Shown here: piece by piece, positions 10,322-19,566 of the stretch
How the letters are laid out: each line of letters opens with the position of its first letter
How positions within the stretch are numbered: the first letter of the stretch is position 1
NCBI GenBank assembly: GCA_001823695.1
Contig: MHVD01000015.1
Coordinates: forward strand, 2,445-66,444
Length of the DNA: 64,000 bases
Source: Candidatus Zambryskibacteria bacterium RIFCSPHIGHO2_01_FULL_43_25
GTDB lineage: Bacteria > Patescibacteriota > Minisyncoccia > Phycocordibacterales > Zambryskibacteraceae
Reading direction: 5' to 3'
Position numbers and translations under genes: made by a program
The notes under the pieces: generated by a model
What the model saw: the letters and a program-made list of their open reading frames with translations, nothing else
What the model was told of the DNA's origin: nothing
The model's database searches: none

Positions 10322-11398
10322 TTGATGAATAAGTTTGAATGGAAAAAAGGAGGGCAATTGAAAAGGTTGCTCTCCAATGATATCGGTATTGATTTGGGTA
10401 CTGCCAATACTCTGGTTTATGTTCGCGGCAGGGGGGTGGTGATAAACGAACCGTCGGTGGTTGCCGTAAACCAAAAGACTGGCAGGGTTGTTGCCGTTGG
10501 CGCCGAAGCCAAACAGATGCTCGGACGAACTCCCCAGCATATTACCGCCGTTAAACCGCTGGTTGACGGAGTCATTTCTGACTTTGAGGTTACCGAAGAG
10601 ATGATAACTTATCTTCTGAACAGGGCCCAGCACGACATCAAGAAACTTTTTGGCCCGCGGGTTGTCGTCGGAGTGCCTTCGGGCATTACCAACGTGGAAA
10701 TAAGAGCGGTCCGCGACGCCACGAGAAACGCCGGCGCCGGCGAGGTGCATATTGTGGAAGAGCCGATGGCCGCGGCCATCGGCATTAGACTGCCGGTCAG
10801 AGACCCGGTCGGCTCAATGGTTATAGACGTTGGAGGAGGAACATCGGACATTGCTGTAATTTCTTTGGGAGGAATTGTTCGTTCAAAAAATCTGCGGATT
10901 GCTGGTGATCGGCTAGATAATGACATCATTTCCTACATTCGCAGTGAGTTTAAAATCTTAATAGGAGAAAAGACGGCAGAAAATATAAAAATTGCTATCG
11001 GCAATATGCTGCATGGAGGTTCGCCACTTGAAGCATCTGTCAAGGGTAGGGACTTGGTTACCGGCCTTCCCCGCGAAGTCATCATTACTGATTCTGACGT
11101 TAGAGAGGCAATCTCCCAGTCAATCTCCAATCTGATTGAATCAACCCGGGAAGTTCTTGAAACCACTCCGCCCGAACTTCTCTCTGACATAATGAACAGG
11201 GGCATTTTCATCTCCGGCGGCGGGGCTCTCATACCGGGTTTGGCCGAACTAATTGCCGAAGAAGTCAAAATTCCGGTCCATATAGCTCCGGACCCACTAA
11301 CTTCCGTCGCCCGCGGGGCGGGTATAATTCTTGAGGATATTGAGGGCTTTAGAGAAGTATTGATAGAGCATGACGACGAACTACCGCATAAAAAGTAA
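10322..11398 (+). CDS. mreB: rod shape-determining protein MreB (paralog 2, in the mre operon)
   Basis: GIDLGTANTL, EEPMAAAIG and DVGGGTSDIA motifs; directly upstream of mreC. Confidence 0.95.
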   Translation: MMNKFEWKKGGQLKRLLSNDIGIDLGTANTLVYVRGRGVVINEPSVVAVNQKTGRVVAVGAEAKQMLGRTPQHITAVKPLVDGVISDFEVTEEMITYLLNRAQHDIKKLFGPRVVVGVPSGITNVEIRAVRDATRNAGAGEVHIVEEPMAAAIGIRLPVRDPVGSMVIDVGGGTSDIAVISLGGIVRSKNLRIAGDRLDNDIISYIRSEFKILIGEKTAENIKIAIGNMLHGGSPLEASVKGRDLVTGLPREVIITDSDVREAISQSISNLIESTREVLETTPPELLSDIMNRGIFISGGGALIPGLAELIAEEVKIPVHIAPDPLTSVARGAGIILEDIEGFREVLIEHDDELPHKK

Positions 11399-12179
11399 GA
11401 AGAAAATTCGCGACAACAAACCGCTTCTAACCTTGATTGTCTCCGTTGTTTTCATCTTTCTAGTTTTTGTTTTGCAGAATAATTTTCCCCAATTGAGCTT
11501 TAGAATTTTCGAATCAAGCGCTTCAACTCTCTGGGGTTTCTCTGATAAACTGGCTTCAATAAGTGAAGATTTAAGGACAACGATTTGGGACAAGCAAAAG
11601 CTTGAAGAAGAGAATCAAGCTCTAATACGGCAGATTGACGAGCTTCGCGGCAATTTGGCGGAGCTTTCAATTTTGAGAGAAGAAAATTTTTATCTGAAAG
11701 AAATGTGGGGGAGGAGGGAGACTTTCCAGTCTCGGCTTGCCAGAGTGCTCTCCGGTCCCGGTAATTCTCTCTACGATTTTCTAGTTATTGATTTGGGCCG
11801 AGAAGAGGGAGCGGTGGAAGGACAGAGAGTTTTTTCTTCCGGCGGATTTGTCATTGGCAACGTGTCGGAGGTTTTCGGCAAGACTTCCAAAGTCATCCTT
11901 TTTTCTAGTCCGGGAACAATTACGGACGCTTCGCTTGAACGCTCCGGCATAGCCCTATCTCTCAAAGGCAAAGGCGCCGGCAATTTCTCCGTCCTTGTGC
12001 CGAAACAGGAAGAGGTTGCGGAAGGAGATCTCGTTGTATTGCCCGGGCTCTCAAGCAAACCAATGGCCCTGGTCTACGGCATTGACACCAGCGAAACTGA
12101 TTCCTTCAAGGAACTACTGCTTTCCCTGCCGGTAAATATCTTTGAACTCAAATGGGTGGAAGTGGAATATGAACAATAA
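11370..12179 (+). CDS. mreC: rod shape-determining protein MreC
   Basis: TM helix, coiled coil (LREEN), IDLG..G beta domain; operon position. Confidence 0.88.
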   Translation: MTTNYRIKSKKKIRDNKPLLTLIVSVVFIFLVFVLQNNFPQLSFRIFESSASTLWGFSDKLASISEDLRTTIWDKQKLEEENQALIRQIDELRGNLAELSILREENFYLKEMWGRRETFQSRLARVLSGPGNSLYDFLVIDLGREEGAVEGQRVFSSGGFVIGNVSEVFGKTSKVILFSSPGTITDASLERSGIALSLKGKGAGNFSVLVPKQEEVAEGDLVVLPGLSSKPMALVYGIDTSETDSFKELLLSLPVNIFELKWVEVEYEQ

Positions 12180-12435
12180 AAAAACATATATCAGAATTGT
12201 TGTTGATTTGTTTCTATTCCTATCAATTTTTCTGTTTCCTTGGTGGTTTGCCAGCGCTCTGGCTATAGTGGCGCTCGCCTATTTCAGCTCTTTTTATGAA
12301 ATTCTCTTCTTTGGCTTTTTTGTCGGCGTATTTTCGGGATACGGGCCGAATGCTCCGATTTATTGTTCAATCGCCGCCATCCTGGCCCTTTGTCTTGCGA
12401 CAGTCATGAAGCAAAGACTGATATTTTCCAAATAG
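12169..12435 (+). CDS. small membrane protein in the MreD position
   Basis: Hydrophobic 88 aa ORF between mreC and mrdA. Confidence 0.55.
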   Translation: MNNKKTYIRIVVDLFLFLSIFLFPWWFASALAIVALAYFSSFYEILFFGFFVGVFSGYGPNAPIYCSIAAILALCLATVMKQRLIFSK

Positions 12436-12479
12436 TCCCGACGATTTGTCGGTTCTACCCGCAACTGTATAATGTGCCT

Positions 12480-14180
12480 ATGTTCCAGCGCATCTCGCGT
12501 CTGTTAAAAAAAGGGGTCATAAAGAGAGAAGGGGAAATTTACCCTGATGAGATTTTTATTGATTCGGAGAACCTTCCAGAATTTGATGTTGACCACTTTG
12601 AAGGGCGTCTGGAACAGCCTGTTGGCAAAAAAGTTTTTGCGTTTATTGCGATTTTTTTCGCACTAGTCGGTGTTTTGTTTGCCGGAAAAATCTGGATGCT
12701 ACAAATCAGAGAAGGCCGGGCTTACGAGGAAATGAGCGCAAATAACCACCTCAAGCATACGATTATATTTGCCGACCGGGGAATTATTTATGATCGCAAC
12801 AAAAAAGAGCTTGCCTGGAATATTGTTGACGCGGCCGGCGGCAATTTCTCCCTGCGGCGCTACGCGCCGCAGAGTGGCCTCGCCCACATACTCGGCTATG
12901 TATCATATCCGTCAAAAGACAAGTACGGCTTCTACTATGATGAGAATTTTACCGGCAAGGACGGAGTTGAATCCTATTACAACGAAACGCTGGCCGGCGA
13001 AAACGGCCTTAAGATTACCGAGACCGACGTAATGGGAAACGTGCAGTCGGAGAGCGTGCTGCGTCCGCCCCGCGACGGCAACAATATCTACCTTTCTGTG
13101 GATTCACGAATTTCGGAAAAATTGTATGATTTCATAAAAAGCACAGCGGCCGAATACGATTTTGCCGGCGGCGCGGGAATCATTCTTGACGTAAAAACCG
13201 GCGAGGTTCTGTCTCTGGTCAGTTTTCCCGAATTCAGCTCGGGAGTTATAACTGACGGCGAGGATAAGGACGCTATTAGGGAGCTTCTTGCCAATTCCGA
13301 TAAGCCGTTTTTGAACCGGGCTATCGGCGGGCTCTATACTCCCGGCTCAATCGTCAAGCCTTTCATCGCAGTCGGGGCGCTTGAAGAAGGAATAATAGAT
13401 CCGAAAAAACAGATTCTATCTACCGGACAAATTGAAGTTCCGAATCCTTACAACCCGGAGCAAAAAAGCGTTTTCAAAGACTGGAAGGCGCACGGCTGGG
13501 TAGATATGAGGCAAGCTATTGCCGTTTCTTCCAATGTTTATTTTTTCTCAATCGGCGGAGGATATGAAAACCAAAAGGGCCTAGGGATTACGAAAATCGC
13601 CGAATATCTGGAAAAATTTGGTCTGGGAAACGACACCGGCATTGACCTCAATGGCGAACAGGACGGACTTGTGCCGACGCCTGAATGGAAAAAGAACACC
13701 TTCAACGACGACCTCTGGCGCTTGGGCGATACTTACAACACTTCAATCGGGCAATACGGTTTTCAGGTTACGGCCCTGCAGATGGCGCGCACGGTCGCTT
13801 CTCTGGCTAACGGCGGGACCCTTGTTACCCCGACCGTCTTGCTTCGGGTTTCGGACAAAAAGGGGAAAGAGCTTGGGTTTAATCCGGACAATCTGAAAGT
13901 AGCCAGAGAGGGGATGAGATTGTCTGTAACGGATGGCATTGCCAGCAGTCTTGCGATACCGGGACTTTCTGTCGCGGCAAAAACTGGAACTGCGGAACTG
14001 GGCGTTACGAAAGAGAGGGTTAATTCTTGGGTTACCGGATTTTTCCCTTATGAGAACCCTAGGTTTTCTTTTGCAGTGGTAATGGAGAAAGGTCCCAGAA
14101 GCAACACGATTGGCGCCACGTATGTAATGCGTCAGCTTTTGGACTGGATGAATGTGAATACGCTGGAGTATGCGAGGTAG
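12480..14180 (+). CDS. mrdA: penicillin-binding protein 2
   Basis: RGIIYDRN, PGSIVK (SxxK), SSN and KTGT motifs. Confidence 0.92.
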   Translation: MFQRISRLLKKGVIKREGEIYPDEIFIDSENLPEFDVDHFEGRLEQPVGKKVFAFIAIFFALVGVLFAGKIWMLQIREGRAYEEMSANNHLKHTIIFADRGIIYDRNKKELAWNIVDAAGGNFSLRRYAPQSGLAHILGYVSYPSKDKYGFYYDENFTGKDGVESYYNETLAGENGLKITETDVMGNVQSESVLRPPRDGNNIYLSVDSRISEKLYDFIKSTAAEYDFAGGAGIILDVKTGEVLSLVSFPEFSSGVITDGEDKDAIRELLANSDKPFLNRAIGGLYTPGSIVKPFIAVGALEEGIIDPKKQILSTGQIEVPNPYNPEQKSVFKDWKAHGWVDMRQAIAVSSNVYFFSIGGGYENQKGLGITKIAEYLEKFGLGNDTGIDLNGEQDGLVPTPEWKKNTFNDDLWRLGDTYNTSIGQYGFQVTALQMARTVASLANGGTLVTPTVLLRVSDKKGKELGFNPDNLKVAREGMRLSVTDGIASSLAIPGLSVAAKTGTAELGVTKERVNSWVTGFFPYENPRFSFAVVMEKGPRSNTIGATYVMRQLLDWMNVNTLEYAR

Positions 14181-14289
14181 CGTAAGACGTAAAACTTGTA
14201 GCGTAAAACATAAAGCGCAAATCTTGTGCGAATTCATACGTTACTTTTGCGCGACCGCGTAAAAATAACGTATGGGACAAAAAATTAAA

Positions 14290-14330
14290 AACAAAAAAAA
14301 GCCCCTCGTTCGTCAGGTGACAAACGAAGG
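14290..14330 (-). terminator. probable intrinsic terminator of the 14383-14976 gene
   Basis: Imperfect stem CCTCGTTCGTCA/TGACAAACGAAGG followed by a T-run on the minus strand. Confidence 0.5.
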
Positions 14331-14335
14331 ACTCG

Positions 14336-14367
14336 CCCCTCACACGCCCTTGCGAGCGTGTGAGGGG
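14336..14367 (-). other. GC-rich hairpin with GCAA loop downstream of the putative DGR variable region
   Basis: Minus strand reads CCCCTCACACGC-TC-GCAA-GG-GCGTGTGAGGGG, 15 nt past the stop codon. Confidence 0.7.
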
Positions 14368-14382
14368 GTGCGGGTTTGCTAC

Positions 14383-14976
14383 TTACTTCACGCTCGGCCC
14401 GCTGGAGGCGGAGCGAGGGCGAACGAGACGAGCAAGGCGAAGCCAATCGTGCGCGAGCCAGCGCCAGAGCAGGAGCCACGAGCGACCGCCCCAGGACAGG
14501 TACGGGACGTGCCGGTCGCCAGCCGCGTGGACGACAACGGTGCCGGAGAGCGGGATGTACGTCCCCGTCGGCAGGCCGAAGCCCTCATTGCGATACTTTG
14601 CAATGAAGGCCAGGCCATGGCGCAGGCCGAGGTCAGCCCGTGCGCTGGCCGCCCGAGACAACATCTCGTCGCTTGAGATGCTGTCTCGGCTGTTCTCGAG
14701 GAGCTCGATGAACTCGAGCTCCAGTGTGCCGACGGGTCCGACTGCGTCCTTCTCGACGCGGTCGATCCAATCCGGGAACTGGAGCTCTTCGGTCCCCGTC
14801 ACGGTGATGACAGGAATGAAGATCTCGCGAACTGCCCGAGCGAGCGCGGCATCGAACTTCGCACGCAACTCGCTCGGCCCGTCAATCAGGACCTGCGCGA
14901 GATGAGGAACGATTTCGTCCGGCGCGGGAAGGGCGCGGACGATCGAGGCCACTAGCTCGTTGAATTGCCGGGACAT
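14383..14976 (-). CDS. GC-rich accessory protein, putative DGR target (C-type-lectin-like C-terminus)
   Basis: GGAGG RBS; C-terminus RHVPYLSW...WLAHDW...RLVRPR is encoded by an adenine-depleted stretch. Confidence 0.65.
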   Translation of the reverse strand: MSRQFNELVASIVRALPAPDEIVPHLAQVLIDGPSELRAKFDAALARAVREIFIPVITVTGTEELQFPDWIDRVEKDAVGPVGTLELEFIELLENSRDSISSDEMLSRAASARADLGLRHGLAFIAKYRNEGFGLPTGTYIPLSGTVVVHAAGDRHVPYLSWGGRSWLLLWRWLAHDWLRLARLVRPRSASSGPSVK

Positions 14977-15042
14977 ACTAACCTCCGTTCCGTGCGGCCA
15001 ACCCCTTACTCAAGCACCATGCTTGAGCCGAGAGCTTACCGC

Positions 15043-15134
15043 GTTGGTACAGCCCTCCATCTTTTATCCACAAAGTAAAAATAAAAAAATGGAGTACTTC
15101 AATCAAAAGATAAAAAGTGGGGGGCTGTACCAAC
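15043..15134. repeat. element bounded by GTTGGTACAGCCC...GGGCTGTACCAAC
   Basis: 13 bp inverted repeat; related ends at 58352-58401. Confidence 0.65.
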
Positions 15135-15363
15135 AAGCTTGTCCGCTTAAGTTACGAAGCAGGTTTTTCAAGTAGCATATAAAGAACTTCTTCATGTATA
15201 TTATATCATACTTCGTATCTAAAAGTCAATGGGTTTTTTGCACAATTTTACTATCCTATTTTGTTGCCATTATTAGCCGTTTTTTTGCCCCCCACCTTTT
15301 GTCAGGAGACAAAAGGTGGGGGATTGACTTCTACCCCCTTTCCTATACAATTTACCCCCACCT

Positions 15364-15828
15364 ATGCCTCAAGAAGAATTTCTTACTCAAGAAAAATACA
15401 ATGAGTTCAAGGAGGAACTTGAGAATCTCAAAACCACAAGACGCAAGGAAGTGGCGGAACAATTGGAGTACGCAAAATCCCTTGGCGACCTTTCTGAAAA
15501 CGCCGAATATCACGAAGCCCGTGATACGCAGGCAAGCGTGGAAGACAGAATTGCCCGCATTGAACATCTGCTCAAACACGCCACGATTGTTTCCTCAAGG
15601 GGGAGCAGTGTCGTTGTCGTGGGCTCGGTTATAACAATCCGCAGGGTAAAGGACAGAGAAGAGAGCACCTTTACCGTTGTCGGAACTGAAGAAGCGGATA
15701 TGGGTGTCGGCAAAATTTCTATGAAGTCGCCTCTGGGTTCGGCCGCTCTGGGTAAGAAAAAGGGCGAGACATTCTCTTTTGCCACTCCAGGTGGTAAAAT
15801 AACCTGTGAGATAATTGCAATAAAATAA
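15364..15828 (+). CDS. greA: transcription elongation factor GreA
   Basis: GDLSENAEY and SPLG motifs. Confidence 0.96.
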   Translation: MPQEEFLTQEKYNEFKEELENLKTTRRKEVAEQLEYAKSLGDLSENAEYHEARDTQASVEDRIARIEHLLKHATIVSSRGSSVVVVGSVITIRRVKDREESTFTVVGTEEADMGVGKISMKSPLGSAALGKKKGETFSFATPGGKITCEIIAIK

Positions 15829-15867
15829 CAAAGCTTCAAGCTAAAAGCTTCAAGCTTAAAGCTTCTC

Positions 15868-17379
15868 ATGGCTTTAGACGACATAAGAAATACCAGATTA
15901 GGAAAATTAAAAATCTTACAAGATAAGGGGATTGACCCCTATCCGGCTACTGTCAGGCGGGACAAGGAAATTGCCGAAGTGGTAGGGAGTTTCTCCAAAC
16001 TCTCTAAGTCCAAGAAAAATCTGCACCTAGTCGGCAGAGTGATGTCGCTTCGCCCACAGGGCGGGCTTGTGTTTTTCCATTTTGACGACGGCACTGGGCG
16101 GCTTCAGGGGATGCTAAAGAAAGGCGAGAAGGTGTCGGACGAGGACTTCTCGCTGTTTGTCGATACGGTTGATGTTGGTGATTTTGTGGAAGTCAAAGGT
16201 GCCCTGTTTCTGACCAAAAAGAAAGAGAAAACCGTTCAAGTTTCAAACTGGCGGATGATTTGCAAAAGTCTTCGTCCGCTTCCGGAGAAGTGGCACGGGC
16301 TTCAGGATATTGAAGAGCGTTTTCGCCGCCGATATCTGGATACGCTGATGAACGAGGAAGTCAGGAATCGCTTTCTTCTGCGTGTTCGGATGATGGGAGA
16401 GATTCGTAATTTTTATAATTCAAAGGGTTTTATTGAAGTGGAATTGCCAGAGCTTCAGCCGCTTGCTGGTGGGGCAACAGCCAGGCCCTTCGTCACTCAC
16501 CACAACACGCTTGATACCGATTTTTATCTTCCGGTGGCGCAGGAGCTTTATCTCAAGGAGCTTCTGGCCGGCGGCTTCACACGGGTTTATGAAATGGGCA
16601 GACGATTCCGCAATGAAGGAGTAGATACAATGCACAATCCCGAGTTCACGATGCTTGAGTCAAACGAAGCGTATGTTGATGCGGAAGACCAGAGGAAGTT
16701 TATTGAAGAGCTTTTCAAATATGTGGTCAAAAAGCTTTTTGGCAAGATGAAAGTGGTTTACAGCGGCAATACCATAGACTTTGGCAAGAAATTTGCAGTT
16801 GTAACGTATTTTGACCTGCTAAGAAGGAACGCTCTCATACCGAATCCAGAAAGCATAAACAGGGAAGAAGTGGCCATCAGAGCCCATCAGCTGGCAGTAC
16901 CGGTTTTGGATGACGATTCTCTTCCGAAGATACTGGACAATATATACAAGAAGACCGCACGGCCGAAACTGATCCAACCGACATTTATAATTGACTATCC
17001 AGTGACCTTTAACCCGTTTGCGAAACGCAAGGGTGATAATCCGTCGCTCATAGATCGTTTCCAGCTTGTTGTGGGCGGAATTGAACTGGTGAATGCGTTT
17101 TCTGAATTGAATAACTCTCTTGACCAAAAAGAAAGATATCTGGAAGAAGACAAGAAGGGGGAGGCGGGAGAGGCGGAAATTTCTCCAAGTGATAAGGAAT
17201 ATCTGGAGGCGATGGAGTATGGTATGCCGCCAAACGGTGGAATCGGAATCGGTATTGACCGGCTGGCAATGATCTTGACCGATACTCAAAATATAAAAGA
17301 AGTTATACTTTTCCCAACACTGCGTCCTCGGCCGAAAGAAGAGAAGAAGGAAGAAGGGGGAGAAGAAGGGAAAGAGTAG
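15868..17379 (+). CDS. lysS: lysyl-tRNA synthetase (class II)
   Basis: LPEKWHGL, GGATARPF, FRNEG..HNPEF and YGMPP motifs. Confidence 0.97.
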   Translation: MALDDIRNTRLGKLKILQDKGIDPYPATVRRDKEIAEVVGSFSKLSKSKKNLHLVGRVMSLRPQGGLVFFHFDDGTGRLQGMLKKGEKVSDEDFSLFVDTVDVGDFVEVKGALFLTKKKEKTVQVSNWRMICKSLRPLPEKWHGLQDIEERFRRRYLDTLMNEEVRNRFLLRVRMMGEIRNFYNSKGFIEVELPELQPLAGGATARPFVTHHNTLDTDFYLPVAQELYLKELLAGGFTRVYEMGRRFRNEGVDTMHNPEFTMLESNEAYVDAEDQRKFIEELFKYVVKKLFGKMKVVYSGNTIDFGKKFAVVTYFDLLRRNALIPNPESINREEVAIRAHQLAVPVLDDDSLPKILDNIYKKTARPKLIQPTFIIDYPVTFNPFAKRKGDNPSLIDRFQLVVGGIELVNAFSELNNSLDQKERYLEEDKKGEAGEAEISPSDKEYLEAMEYGMPPNGGIGIGIDRLAMILTDTQNIKEVILFPTLRPRPKEEKKEEGGEEGKE

Positions 17380-17471
17380 GAGATAAGAAAGAACAGAAAT
17401 TAAACCCAGTTTTTTGTTCTTTTAGCTTCCTTTGTTCTTTTAGCCTCCTTCGATTTATTTTTCAACTCCAT

Positions 17472-17515
17472 TTTCATTATACCCCTTATTCGGGCGAATA
17501 AGGGGTATAATGAAA
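17472..17515. repeat. 44 bp palindrome upstream of the ArsR gene
   Basis: TTTCATTATACCCCTTATTCG-GG-CGAATAAGGGGTATAATGAAA. Confidence 0.8.
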
Positions 17516-17553
17516 GATGTGGTGGGGCGCGGTGAGTGTGATGATAAAAGCAG

Positions 17554-17835
17554 ATGAAAGAAACTGAAAAAATATTAAAGGCGTTAGCCAACAGAAGAAG
17601 ACTGGTAATGATTCAATATTTAAGAAAAGAAAAAGAGGCGGCCGTAGGAGGTGTCGCTAATCATTTGAAATTATCTTTCAAGGCAACTTCAAGACATCTA
17701 AATGTTCTATATTCAGCTGGGATTGTGGATAGGGAACAGAGAAATGTGGAAGTGTGGTATAGACTGTCGCCGACCTTACACCCAATCGCGAAATTTATCT
17801 CTAATTCGCTTGCCTACCTGCGCAGGCAGGAATAG
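17554..17835 (+). CDS. ArsR/SmtB family transcriptional regulator
   Basis: LKALANRRRL, LSFKATSRHL..L..AGIV; paralog of 29686-29955. Confidence 0.88.
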   Translation: MKETEKILKALANRRRLVMIQYLRKEKEAAVGGVANHLKLSFKATSRHLNVLYSAGIVDREQRNVEVWYRLSPTLHPIAKFISNSLAYLRRQE

Positions 17836-17886
17836 GAGAATAGAAGTTTGGGGGTGATGCCAAACTATTGGACCATTACTGGGGGG

Positions 17887-17914
17887 TTGACAAATCCTGT
17901 GTATTTGCTATAAT
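17887..17914 (+). promoter_or_regulatory. sigma70 promoter of the LMW-PTP gene
   Basis: TTGACA-N16-TATAAT with an extended TG. Confidence 0.65.
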
Positions 17915-17974
17915 TGATACGGAGTTGTTCGTTTGCAGTTATCCTGCCCAAATTGGCAAAACGCGGGAGACAAG

Positions 17975-18412
17975 ATGTTTCGGATTCTCGCAGTTTGCAA
18001 GGGGAATCGGTCTCGCAGTCCCATGTTTGAAGCTCTGCTTCAGCTGGCACTGCAGGAGAACGGCAGGACCGACGTGGTCGTGGAAAGTGCGGGAACAATC
18101 CAAGAAGCGGCAAATCATCCGGCCGAAGAGGGCGCACTAGTTGCCGCCAAGCGGGTTGGTCTCGATCTGAGCGGCCACGTCAGTCGCTGGGTTGGCGATC
18201 TCAATCTCAGGGACTTCCATATCATCTACTGCATGGAGCCCTCGGTGAGAGACGTCGTCCGAGAGTTCAATCTGCCTCCGACGGTCCGGATCATTCTGGT
18301 AAACGAGGAGCAGGGAGGAATCCCCAATCCCTACCAGAAGGGGCAGGAAGCATACGATGAGTCGCTGGAGGTCATCAGGTCTGTGGTCGGGAAAATCGTC
18401 CGCGATCTGTAA
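17975..18412 (+). CDS. low-molecular-weight protein tyrosine/arginine phosphatase family protein
   Basis: VCKGNRSRSPM P-loop, ESAG and IPNPY; hairpin plus T-run at about 18433-18465. Confidence 0.85.
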   Translation: MFRILAVCKGNRSRSPMFEALLQLALQENGRTDVVVESAGTIQEAANHPAEEGALVAAKRVGLDLSGHVSRWVGDLNLRDFHIIYCMEPSVRDVVREFNLPPTVRIILVNEEQGGIPNPYQKGQEAYDESLEVIRSVVGKIVRDL

Positions 18413-18465
18413 CCTTTCCACGAGTCGTTCAGGGAGCGGTCACAATGTGTGCCCGCTCCTTTTGT

Positions 18466-19566
18466 TTAAGAAATTATTCTTACCACTCCATTTTCAGCAT
18501 CCACCTCTACCTTGTTACCGTCTTTTAATATTTCTGTTGCGTTGCCAGTTCCGACGATGCAGGGGATGTTTAATTCTCTGCTCACTATTGCAGCGTGAGA
18601 TAGAAGCCCGCCCTGGTCAGTAATTATTGCTCCGGCCTTCTTGCAAGCCGGCATAAGTTCCGGGGAGGTCGTCTCTGCTACAAGAATGTCTCCGTCATCC
18701 ATTTCATCAAATAATCTTGTTAATATACTAAAATCGGAATAGTAATCTGTGGAGATTACTTTTATTTTTCCTATTGCTTTACCTTTGTTAGCAACCACAC
18801 CCACTATCTCACGTTTCTCTTTCTTAGATTCCTTAATAAATCTAGACACAATTTTCTTAGCGTCTTCTCCCTCAATGTAAGTCATCGCTCCATCTTGTGC
18901 ATACTGGACAAATACCTGTGCGCGGGCGTTGAGTAACTTCTCGGGAACCGCCTCACCGTCAAAAAGTCTTGGCACTTCCTCAACTCTGTACATTTTGAGC
19001 TGTTCAATCGGAACAGAAAATTGTTTGGATATTAAAGTAATCAGTTGGTCAGCATAACCTCCGCTAAAAATCAGCTGATTCAAGTATTGTCGGCCAGCAC
19101 CTTTGATTTCTTCAAAGATTTCAATATTATGAGTGAGCTCTTTTGATGGATTGTGCTCCAATTTCATATATACCCTGTCTGTATAGAAAAATTCAGTTTT
19201 TGAATAGAAGCTAAACATCTCGGAAATAAGGGTAAAAGATTTGACCGCCTCTTCTCTGGTCAGTTGACTCTTTTTGAGCAAAACTTCAAAAAAAATTGTA
19301 GACCGGTCTTTATACTCCTGAAAATCTTTTACGTATTGAGTGAAGAACTTTTCACTACTAAGTAAGGTCAAACCGTCTTGCAGTGTCTTTTCAATGACCT
19401 TTCTTGGCAGATAGCTTGTCCATATTCCGTTTACTCCCATTAGTAAACAGTCAAGGTTTTTATAATGTCCTCCGAAGACATCGGATAAAAGGTACACGAG
19501 GCCTCCTTTTAAGCGGAATAAACGTTGATAATCTTCTGATTTTATATGTGGGAATCCGGCAGTCAT
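18466..19566 (-). CDS. PEP-utilising enzyme with C-terminal phospho-His swivel domain
   Basis: ILVAETTSP and TDQGGLLSHAAIVSRELNIPCIVG motifs; no ATP-grasp domain. Confidence 0.85.
   Translation of the reverse strand: MTAGFPHIKSEDYQRLFRLKGGLVYLLSDVFGGHYKNLDCLLMGVNGIWTSYLPRKVIEKTLQDGLTLLSSEKFFTQYVKDFQEYKDRSTIFFEVLLKKSQLTREEAVKSFTLISEMFSFYSKTEFFYTDRVYMKLEHNPSKELTHNIEIFEEIKGAGRQYLNQLIFSGGYADQLITLISKQFSVPIEQLKMYRVEEVPRLFDGEAVPEKLLNARAQVFVQYAQDGAMTYIEGEDAKKIVSRFIKESKKEKREIVGVVANKGKAIGKIKVISTDYYSDFSILTRLFDEMDDGDILVAETTSPELMPACKKAGAIITDQGGLLSHAAIVSRELNIPCIVGTGNATEILKDGNKVEVDAENGVVRIIS

Noticed and set aside
9893..10750. 285 aa minus-strand ORF and similar long antisense ORFs (30504, 36180, 58538, 8416)
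   Set aside because: Antisense to conserved genes or spanning repeats, with no recognisable motifs.
4275..11398. Two mreB paralogs as a novelty
   Set aside because: Multiple MreB/Mbl paralogs are common in bacteria.
14272..14905. Plus-strand ORFs overlapping the 14383-14976 gene
   Set aside because: Shadow ORFs of GC-rich DNA; the minus-strand ORF has the RBS, terminator and a paralog.
17410..17452. 18 bp tandem repeat after lysS
   Set aside because: About two degenerate pyrimidine-rich copies with no supportable function.
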